A stretch of 64,000 nt of DNA from Tubiluchus corallicola (Eukaryota > Animalia > Priapulida): NCBI GenBank assembly GCA_030141605.1, contig JAQGDQ010000002.1, positions 1,364,001-1,428,000 of the forward strand. Reading direction: 5' to 3'. The translations under genes and the position numbers were made by a program. Shown piece by piece: positions 13,701-24,900 of the stretch. Numbering within the stretch: position 1 is the first letter of the stretch; every line of letters begins with the position of its first letter. The notes below the pieces were generated by a model, which was not told the origin of the DNA, ran no database searches, and was given only the letters and a program-made list of their open reading frames with translations.

Positions 13701-14927
13701 AAAAACTCTGAGATGACGAAGACTGTACATGATTCGTGGCACCACTAATTTACCACTAAGACTATAATGATTGATTTATGTAGCTAAAATTAAGAATCAC
13801 CGCAAAAATTGTTTGCTGCCCTTAGAAATCTAATGAATCTACTTTTACTTATTGTTTTAGGTGATGTGTTTGAGATAAGTGTTATTTTGCATGCCTTAAA
13901 TTGTATGTTTTATTGTGGTGCACAATCTGCAAGTTGTCTCTGATAAGGATACCAAATAAGTATTGGCTTGTACAATGTACAGGTCATGCTAACAATGCAA
14001 GTATTTTCTAAATTGCTATAATGAGTAGGTGGCAGAGTGCAGACATTTGCTAACATTGACTGAATTGCCAATCACACTGCTTATTTCAGTTTTTCAGCAG
14101 CTCACAAAGATTGCATGCTGTTTCAGATATTTTAACGACAGAATGAAAGAAATCGGGGTGTAGAACTATTCAAATTCATAATTTGAGGTTCGAATCGAAT
14201 TTGAATAAAAAAAAATCATCAGAGTAAAAATTTTGTGTTGTGTTAGTTTAATTTGTGTATATATACTTGCATTGCAACTACAAATGTCTTATTCCAGGAA
14301 ACGACAACCACTCAAGGTGGACATAGTTTGACTTGGAGTAAAGCTCAGATTTCTAAACCAGCACCTTACTGGGAAGGCACCGCTGTACTTGGTAAAGAAT
14401 TTGTTGAGCTGAAGCTGTCTGATTACAAAGGAAAGTATCTAGTTTTCTTTTTCTATCCGTTGGATTTCACATTTGTCTGCCCAACAGAAATTGTTGCTTT
14501 TAGTGACGCCATTGAGAAATTTCGCGCAATAAACACTGAAGTTGTTGCTTGTTCGGTAGACTCTCAGTTTACTCACCTTGCATGGCTAAACACTCCACGT
14601 TGCGAGGGTGGACTAGGATCACTCAAGATTCCACTTTTGTCAGATCTAACTCATCAGATTTCCAAGGACTATGGTGTTTATCTTGAGGATCTGGGGCACA
14701 CTTTAAGAGGTCTTTTTATTATCGATGACAAAGGCAATTTACGGCAGATTACTATGAATGATCTGCCTGTCGGTCGATCCGTAGAAGAGACACTACGGTT
14801 AGTGCAGGCTTTCCAGTACACCGATAAGCACGGAGAGGTGTGCCCAGCAGGTTGGAAACCGGGTAGTCCAACTATAATTCCAAATCCCCAAGATAAACTG
14901 CAATACTTCAAAGAAACGGAGAATTGA
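10763..14927 (+). CDS. PRDX4: Peroxiredoxin-4 (typical 2-Cys, ER/secreted), 2 coding exons, ~246 aa
   Basis: Exon 1 10763-10873 encodes [37 protein letters not shown] (signal peptide plus the Prx4-type CHxxAGGxVYP motif) and ends at cag|gtaaat. Exon 2 14298-14927 is phase 0 and carries [13 protein letters not shown] (peroxidatic Cys) and GEVCPAGW (resolving Cys). Confidence 0.95.
11210..12660 (+). mobile_element. Decayed CR1-clade LINE RT region inside the PRDX4 intron
   Basis: Remnant motifs [27 protein letters not shown] (FADD), [14 protein letters not shown]; many stops and frameshifts. Confidence 0.85.
13570..14210. mobile_element. Probable old non-autonomous DNA transposon
   Basis: Clusters of GAATCGAAT/TTCGAAT at both ends, typical of MITE subterminal motifs. 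Exact TIRs not resolved. Confidence 0.3.
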
Positions 14928-17900
14928 AGTGTTGCTTTGTGCTTAAAGTGTTAAGTAGGTTTTTCCTACAGCTCTTTGGGTAGATCTGTTTTTTTTATTG
15001 GGTTCTTGGTGAATTTTGTAAATTGTATTAGTGCTATTTAGAAATGTATTAATTGGATGAATAATTGTCGTCAGTTCATTTTGTTTTTTTTCTGATATTC
15101 TAATACTCTACATCATTCTAGTTGTATTTTTGATTATAACGTCTTGCTTTAAGCTTCTTCAGTATTTTGTTCAACGATGATATTCTAGTACTCACTCTTT
15201 CAATTCGTTTATGTTCAATATCAAAAATAGGTTCTGTTAATCTAATGAATAGGGTTTGCTACAAGTTCAGCAACTATAAGCTCATCTATTCCAGAGATAT
15301 CGCTCATACATTGACATTATGCAGGTGTAGTGGAGTGCACATGATATTAATATTCAAACTTAAGCCATAAAAATGGATTTTAGGAAAGACTGAAATGTTG
15401 GAAAACTGTTTTTCTTGCCGTCAAAATTAGATAACTAATTTTGTGAATATATTTTTCTCTATTTTCTGCTATGAGCTGTGCCAAGAAGTGTCCCAGTAAC
15501 TATATGATGTATGTTAGTTGATATACTTATCATTATCGCTGTTTTTAATCAATAACTAACCTATCTGAGTGTCACATGTGTCTCTTTCATTGATGCTTAT
15601 GAAACGTATAATATAATATATGCAGTGTGGTAGATTTGGTAAAAGCAGTTTGAGCTTCTGCATTCTGTGCTGCTGTACACAGCTACTTGCACGGGATTTA
15701 ACTATTTTGACTTTCACAAGACAACATAAGGTGAATCTGGTCTGCACAAATCAGATGCATGTTTAAGGCTTTAAGTGCATTTAGAAATACTATAATGGTC
15801 AAGTTAACTGCAAAAATATTCTAATGTTACTATGATTTGATCAATCAAAATGTTTTCGACACAGTATGAGAGCTACACCAACGTGAAGTTTCAAAATTCT
15901 AGGAAATATATTGTCATAATTCTGTATTGTCATATTGGGTTTTTGCTGGTGTTAAAAAGCTATAGAGCTATTTAAAAATGTGATCTTTTTTTGCACTATG
16001 AATTTTCTAGTCTATTGTACAAAATTTAATGCTTATAGTTTACTTTTGTTTGAATTCTTCTGGAGTTTTCTGTGGACAAACTTAATATTTCATCTTGGAA
16101 ACAAATGACCGAAAAATGGAATAAGTTCAAATGAAGGTCATGGGCAGCTTTGGGCACTTAATTGAGAAGGCATTAATGCTGTATTTAACTGTTAACATAA
16201 TGTTTATCATGATGCTGATAATCTGTGTAATTAATTTCCTAAGATTAACAAATAATGATTCTGATAATCTGTATAAATCGACTAATTAATAGTTCATAAA
16301 TCAGGACTTGGAAACGATTGTTTTCATGATCAAAAGTAGATATTCAGTCAGTTTTGTCCAATTTACTTGTTTTAAGACCAAGAGTCATTTGACTAGTGTA
16401 GTTCTGTCACATACCTCTCGAGCATTTCTTCATTCATTCTGTTCAGTAATAATAAACTAATTAAGCATTGTAGTTTTTGTCATGTTGAAAACAGTATAAC
16501 TGTTTTAATTAGCCAAGTGATGCAATAGATCTGGTGATATTCTCTTTGTAATTAATATTTTTTATATTTAAGCTAACTGCATTTAAGCATCTAAATAAAA
16601 AAAATTTAATGTGGTGATATTGGACTGAATGTGCGACTTGCAGGTGTCCTGTGGGGAAAATAAATTCTGTATAATCACATCTGCTTCTGTTAGTAGTTTG
16701 TATTCAGCAACAACAAATTAACAAAGAAATAAACAAAAAGTAAGTAGAGAAAGTTGTGCTTGAACATACTTACATGGCAAAGTTTGGCATAAAGTTTTGT
16801 GAAGTTATAATTTAATTAATTCTATCCTCAAGATTTTTCTTACTTGCAAATAATAAATGAGTAAACAACTAAACTAAAGATTACAGTTGGTTACATGTCA
16901 CAAGAAATACGAAATTGTATTAGAAATTTCATCAATTGAAAGAAAAATACTTGTAGTACAGAGAAATCTGGCTGCAGTAATCTAATGGTCTGTGATGATT
17001 GTGTGATCATTAGGGTACACTAGCTAGTCAGTTATTCCTAGGTTTTACCACACTCTTGTTTTTTTAAATAAAGTAATAAATTTCAATATCTTTACGCTAC
17101 CTTACATCTTCAAAATACTAAATTTCATCATGAGAAACAAATAATTATTATTGTTGCTGATTAATATGACGTGCATTCCTTATCATGGGATCTCTGAACT
17201 ACATTAATTGTTTTGTAAAATTTCAATAGTAAATAATAAATAATTCATCAGTTTAAATGAGTGCTGCCACCTTTGTTTACAATTTTACATGCAGCAACTT
17301 TACTGATTGAAAGGTGCCTTTCTTTGCCTATGCTAAGTACACTTACAGCAGGTCATAAACTGTAAACAGTTGTATTGGACTTTCAACTATTGTGCTGCTA
17401 ATTCTGTGCATAGCAAGCTTTACCAAGCTTAAGACTTGTCAGTTTTTGCCTTATTTAATGTGAAAGCTGTTTGGCAGTCGGCTGTAGCTGGTCTTTGCGA
17501 ATATAATTCAGTATCAGGTAATTTATTACTCTATTTGACATAATTTAATAAGGAATAGTGTATGCATTAATTATCTTAATAATGAGCTTAGTTGATGTGA
17601 AATACTGCGCTGTTTGTGATTTTACATTGTGGGTCCATAATGGAAGTAAAGTATCTTATTGCCCTTTGCTGCATTATTCCTGCATAGGTTTCTTGAAAGC
17701 AGTTTTTTATATTTTAATGTAAAAATTTTACTCAAAACCAATGACTCAATAAGTCAACCAAAAGTTGTTTTTGCATGTTTTCACATTCTAAAGCATTAAT
17801 GTAAACTTTGGCCTATTTGTTCTCTTTTAACACATTCAGTTTATTAACTATAGTTATGCTTTATATTAATGCCTTTTGCATCTATCTCCAGAATAAAACA

Positions 17901-18088
17901 TTATAACCAATTAGTAATTATTTTTTGTTACGAAATTATAGTTATGTTACAATGTTACAAAAATATATTATAATGGAGGCTTTGTAAACAGCAGTTCCTT
18001 GAAGTTGTTTCAGTGTTTTTATATTAACGATCAAACAAACTTTGATCCTGGCATTTCATTTTCTAGTGACCTTTACTAGGTAGCTTTT

Positions 18089-18109
18089 ATGATGTCAGCT
18101 GACTCATAA
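18089..18109 (+). promoter_or_regulatory. Upstream ORF (MMSADS*) whose stop overlaps the spectrin start codon (TAATG)
   Basis: ATG ATG TCA GCT GAC TCA TAA at 18089-18109; main ATG at 18109-18111; probable acceptor ttttctag at 18066. Confidence 0.45.
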
Positions 18110-21100
18110 TGAGTGGAACAATAGAAACTAAGGTTGGTAAGCGTGGCTCACAGATGCGTGATAGCTACCATGATGATGCAGCAGCTACTCAGCGAATAAA
18201 GCAACTGCAGAGTGAGCGCATTTATCAGCAACAAAAAACTTTTACCAAATGGATGCAAAGTATTTTCAAGAAGGTGATGTATCGTTTAATTTTTTTGGTG
18301 TATTGTCACATAGTGTGCATAGGTTGAGCCTCTTAAGTTATTTTTAAGGATATGTGTACCACAGAAATAGCTTTGTATAATTAAAAATTACGAACAGCTA
18401 CTTTTACAAAGTTGTAGTCATGTTTAATAAGCTGGCTAATCAGTGATTTATCATTGGTGCAGTATTGTGCTCAGTGCAATGGTCTATGTTTGCATTTTGC
18501 TATGCAATTAGCTTGATCTTTTATTGTAGTACTCACATGCTCAACTGTATCAGGAGTTAGCAAGTTACTGCCAACAGCATAATGAGTAGTACAATCATTG
18601 TACGTGTTTAGAAAGTTCCAAGTTACCTATTTTGGCTGTAAAGGCTGAGATTGCAATTGGCAAAAAAATTAGCTCAGACATTTTCATATCCAGTTAAACA
18701 CACTTTGAGAGCATTTGTTATTCATTATTAGCAAGCATCTTTTCTTGTCTTTCAGGCTGGGATAGATTTGAGTGATCTTGACATTTTCAAAGATTTGAAT
18801 GATGGAACACTTTTATTAAGGCTGATGGAATTGATATCTGGTGAGGATGTTGGAAAACCTAATCGCGGCAAAATGAAAGTACAGAAAATAGAGAACCTGA
18901 ACAAAGTGCTTAAATACATTTCGTCAAAGGTATTGAATACTTCTGAAAGATATTTGCAATTAATGATTTTTGTGCAAAAATTGTTATGGTAACCTACCTT
19001 AACAAAAAAATGCTTTTATTATCAAGGAACAATTTTTTGTAGCTTTTGAGAACTATTATTTTTTTATACTTTCTTGAAAATGCTACTTCGCTATTTAGAA
19101 CTATTTTTTGTGGTAGTCTGTCAATTCAAAAACTGGATAATTTATTTAATATTTCTTACCTGTGTTATTTTAATTTTTGAAAAAGAGTAGTGCATTTATT
19201 ACGAGCTGCCTGGATAAATTGACTTAAAATGTTAGTTTGATTATTACTTTCCTATAGTGACATGTAAATAGTTCATTCGGTAATTTGTTCTCCTTTTTAA
19301 TTTTGTTGAAATCTCTGTATGAAAGGTAGGATATTGTACATTCAAAGTTATTAGACCAGTAGCACTCAATTTATACTTGTAGTAGATAATTCTGTAGCTA
19401 TACACACATATATGTAGTCATATACTATTCTTCAGGGTTAAAAAACGACTTTCCATATTCTGAAACCATTCTTCATTGGCAGCTGCTCAGAAAGTCTTTT
19501 GAGCATTCAAATTAATCATGATCATTCATTTAGCCTTTTGTAATCCGTTTAACCTGAGTGCATTGACGGACAAATGTAGGCACATCTCTGCTTTGATGAA
19601 TAACTATAAATCCTTCTTACATACCTTTGTATTGTATCAACAAGATAAGGCTACCGATGACATGCTTTTTAAGTACAAACTGATTAATACTGCTTGCTCA
19701 GTAAACGGTGAACACATTAAATAGGCACTCCTTCAGAATTCTATTCACAAGTTTACTGGCAAGTATGAGTATGCCCCAAATAAAGAATATTATATTCATT
19801 AATAATTGTACTGATTTAATAATAAAATTGAAATCATGTTATTACCTTTTTAAAGTAAAAAATTATTTAGTTGAATTACTTGTCATTTTATATATTTTTG
19901 TAGATTAAAATTTGTGAAAATTTGCCAGTAAAAAATGAAATACAGTACGCATCGTAATTTTAATTTACTGTTACGTTATTTATTTTACAAAATTTAGTTT
20001 ACCTACTTTTCAATGTTTATCTTTTGCTATATTTTATAAATATTTTAAACTTTCTTTTGTATAAACCATTTTTAAGTCTAATTTAAGCAGTTGTTATCAA
20101 AATACAAATTTGAGGTAACTATGTTTACGCTTTTGTTTCTTGACAATAGACGCGGTTGGAGAACATTTCTGCTGAAGATATTCTTGATGGTAATCCCACC
20201 CTTATTCTTGGCCTCATGTGGACTACAATCCTTCGGTTTGAGATTCAAGTTATTCAAGAGAATTTGGTATATTTTAGTACATTTTTAAAACAAGAACCTA
20301 TCATAGATAACTTGAACCTGTTCTTGCGAAAGGAGTTTGATTTTTCTTGTGTTCACAACAGCAACATCGATGATGATAATGCGTAACAGGACTGACCACT
20401 TAGACCCCATTCTCGAAATGGGTCCAGTTAAACATTTTAGAGAACATTTGAGAGGATTGTTGACAAGAAATGTGAAGTTTTTTTTATTTATGTAGGAAAC
20501 ATGACTAAAATGCCTTTATAGTTCATGTTGCTAGAATGTTCTTGATGAGAACTTTGTATGATGAAATTCTGATTAGTCATTTTGGTAAAGCAGTTATAAG
20601 TTTAACACAGATGGCCAGTTTCAATATTATTTTGAATGCTGTGTTGAAAAGCTGTTTTCGATTGTAACGTCTGTCACGTAGTCTTAAGTTATTAGTGTAA
20701 ATTTATTAACTAATGTAATGTGAGTTTTTTATGCTGCAGGAAAGATCGAGAGCTGAAGAAGGGGAAATGACACTGCAAGAACTCGGTGTTGATGAAGCAA
20801 CTCTAGAAGAAATGAAAGTAGGTGAAAGGAAACTTAGGTCTTTCCTTTGTCAGTAGCTTTATACATTTAAACTTGTTTAGATTTACCTGTCCTCAGGCAT
20901 TATTACATTTACTAGCTAAACCCTACAAAAGAATTTTGTGCAAAACCAACAACTATAACCATGTCCCATCTCACCATACCATACCACACCCATCACAACA
21001 TCTACACAACGCCACCCACATTATACGACTTGCACCATGCCATCAACACCATGCCACACCTACCACACCATCCATACCGCACCACATCAGCTCCCCTGCT

Positions 21101-21957
21101 GATGACGATCGTGATAATCATTATGATGACAACAACTTCGGCAGCAACAACAACAAAAACAACCTAGTGAAATCATGTAAAAACATTTTGTGCAATTTGA
21201 AACTGTGTGCAAAAGAAAAATGCTATTAGATCATTCACCAATAATCAATAATGCGCAACATTCTATACATTCTTTGTAGTCTTGGATCACTGATTCCATA
21301 ATGACGATAAAGTAGCCTAGCTTATTAACCCTTAATAGATGTAAGTTTTAAAAGCCAGCTAAACCGAAGCAATCTGTAGGCAGAATATAATGGGTGATGT
21401 CACAGAAAATGAATTGTGCCCTACTCGTTTTGCACTGAGAAAATTGCAAAAAGACCTTGGAATCGTCTTTTTGGGCTAAAGTGGAAGCATTCATAAAAAA
21501 ACCTACATCGTCACGTAGCCCAATTTCTTCTCTTTCCAAAGAGCTGTATATCTCCCACAAAGATCCCAACAGGTGCCGTACGAATATTTTTTTACACGTT
21601 GTTTCATCAATATTTCAGAAAAATTGGCTTGTTGGGTTCAGGGAAACACCCACTGCTGGACAGTTGTCCTTCCAGGAAATCTAAATCTGCCTACTATTCC
21701 CATCCGTTGAATGGGCTATCTTACTACTGCTGGTACCACTCTCCACACTCTTGTTTTCTTGAACTAAGTAGTATAAGTTTAGCAAAAACTGGTGAAAAGT
21801 GACCATTTTTGGAGGTTTTTAGCCTACTGTACCTCCTGGTGGTCTTGATTCGAAAAAATAAACCATCAGTGAGATAACACTAGACTGAGACTTCGTTTTG
21901 ATATGTAGATCACCGAAAATGGTGCAGTCCTTGGAGTTGTAGCCATATAGGTTTCCA

Positions 21958-21995
<38 letters not shown>

Positions 21996-24900
21996 GTAGT
22001 CACTTAATAAAACCACAGATAATAAAAGCAACTGCATTTTAGAACTACTTAGGCAGGACCCAAAATTACTTCCATAGAAACAATTGCTAACAAAAATTCA
22101 GATAATAAAATCAGTGCAACAAAATGTTCAATAATAGGCAACAATAGCAGAATGAAAAAATAAAATGTTTCTTTGGTAGTTTGCGCATTTTTTTATGATA
22201 CGCAGTGAAATTTTCGTCTCGTGTTCTAGATTTGCCCCTTGTTAGTCAAAATCATGCTGAAAGTTAAAGTCCTTAGTTTCAGTTATAACTGTTCTGCATA
22301 TCCAGCTGCTAATAAAGAGCATTTTAGTCTGTTGAATGAACTTGAATGACTATCGTATGCTTGAGTTATTCTGTAGACATGCTAGTGAGCTGACTGCCCC
22401 TCGTCTGTATGAGCCTGTAAGCAAAGTTTTTATATGTAACATGTTGAATTAGGTCAGGCAAACATATTAAATTTTGGATTAATCTTGCCAAATATAGGTG
22501 TTTGCAATAGACCACCACATAATAAAACCACCATTTATTAAGACCACTTATAGATGGTCCTGTAGTGGTTTTATTAAGTGGCGACTACTGCTATCCAAAT
22601 ACCAGCATAATTAATATATGCTAGATGTCAGGTTTCTAATACTCTTAAAAGAAATACAGTAGGCGTCGCTTAATAGACTCACTTTGGGACCAACGTGTTT
22701 TGACCCAGTTAACCAACTGAACCTATTAACCGATGGGTGTAGTATTACAGGTATAGAAGTATAAGTCATCACCTTACTATGCACTGCAAAGGTTTTTAAT
22801 TAATTTTAGACATGTAGTAATGCATAAATTCCTTTGTGCAGTTAAAAACTAGAAAAAATATTTTAAAATATTAATTTATATAAGTGAAATAAATTAAAAA
22901 GTATACTTTTCGAAATCACACAAGTCTGTTTTTTTGCGAAAATTACAAAAATTCCTTCAAAGTCGGCTGCTTCATTTTCTCGCGAAGAAGTTGGCCCACA
23001 AATTATAAAAACATTGGAAATCTGTTGTTGTGCATGACTAAAACAGTTCTGAATTGTCTGCTCACTTACATTGCCTGCATTTGCTGTATGATGTTTACGT
23101 AAGTCACGAGGAATACCTGCTGATTACTGTACCTGCATCTTTGACTGTTAACTGATTAAGCCTGAAAGCGTGATTTGCAACGAGAGCATCAGAAGGAAAC
23201 TGCTAGGCAAATGATTAAATGTTTAGCTTCCAGAAATTCTTTGGGTAACAGTGGACGAGCGGGTAACAGATTCAAAACAAAATCGCTATGCTAGCCTATT
23301 AGTGCATAATAAATGTACCTGCTTATAAACAAAACGGTACTTAACATGATTGTTTCTGTAGACATAGCGCACAAAAGAGAAGTAAAGATGACATAAAGTA
23401 GGAAAGGTTCTTTTGGCACATACAAATATGTTATTTTAAGCAGATGAAGGAAAAATATTGAGTCAATTATGCGGAGTTATTTGAGTCAAATACCAATAGA
23501 TTTACGTATATTTGAATAGAAGCGGCCCGTTCTAGGCGTTTTTGAGTCAATTAAGCGATTAAGTCTATTAACCGTGTATCTATTAAGCAGTGCCTACTGT
23601 AGTAGATTAACTAAAAACTAGAGAAAAGTGTTGACTAAGCTTTTAAGCAAAAGTCATTTTACAACTTTTCTGAAACAATATGCATTAGTTATGTATTTTT
23701 AATTTAATTTAGTATACAAAAATTTTAAAACTGGGGCTCTTAAGCTATTGCCACCAAAAATTTGTTTATTATATCCAGTTACTCGTATAATTTTTGTTAA
23801 GTTCTATAGTTACATTGCAAATTAATAACTCTGTTTGGTATGGCAAGTAAAGTGATTGTAGTTATTGAAATATTGTACTTGCAAACCTTTAACTAATATT
23901 TCACTGCTAGACATATTCCCCACCAAACGAAGTGTTGGTAGAGGATATAGTAGAAATTTATGTATATGCATACGTGTTGTTTGGAATGTTTTATGTTATA
24001 TCTCTGAAGCCACTGAAGCAAGTCTCACATATATATTTTACTAGTAAAAAATGTCACTTTGATTCAAATCATCATTGACTCATCATTGTTTCAAACTTAT
24101 TGTTTTGAGTTATATTTTTATGGCCAACGTAATTCCACATGATACATGGATGATACTAGTGGAAGAAAGGTTTGCTGAGGTGCACTTGACTTGACTTTGA
24201 ATCATAAAAACCATAAGGCTCTGTGTTGCATACAAAGATTTTGTTGATATTTTCATGGCCACTGAGGTCAAGCCAGTCAAGCTTTGGAACAAAGGTACCA
24301 AGCCTGTTAGGGCCAAGATTGGTATGGTACACTTGGTGTTGACTTTTATCTTAAAGATGGTAGGGCCTCGTATTATAACTTCTGTAAACATTTTAGATGA
24401 TTCACTTTTTATCATTTTTTAACATTTTTAGAAAAAATATCCAGAGCTGTTTGGGACTACTGATGCAGTCCAGCAAGCACTAGCAGAGTTGTATTTATCA
24501 ACAGTTGACCTTGACACAAAACTTGGAGATCTTCCTCCAGTTCTTACCCTCCGTGACCTTGGTGTAAAGGATGATAATCTTCCCGAGGGAGCTTCACCGC
24601 ACACAACTCTTGCTGATTTGCCTGCTGAGATGACTCTTCGCGATTTAGGATTTACTGAGCATGATATGCCTGCAGTAAAAGATAGAATACATCGTAGCTG
24701 TTTAGTTCACTGTGGATTAATTTACCAAGATGTGATGCCTAACACGTTAAACACCAGTACAACTTTAGGTGAACTTCCTCCAGATATGACATTACGTGAT
24801 CTTGGCTTAGATGAAAAACAACTAGCAAAAAATGTTTCTCCTGATATAACGTTGAAACAACTATCGTCAGAATACCAACTGAAAGATTTGGGTTTTAAAG

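Noticed and set aside
14187-14197. GGTTCGAATC tRNA B-box-like motif
   Set aside because: No A box or cloverleaf; part of a TE-like subterminal repeat.
14253-14297. ORF-track start of the peroxiredoxin
   Set aside because: Intronic sequence. The true N-terminus is the signal-peptide exon at 10763-10873.
20822-21229. 135-aa His/Pro/Asn-rich ORF
   Set aside because: Low-complexity intronic tract with no motif support.
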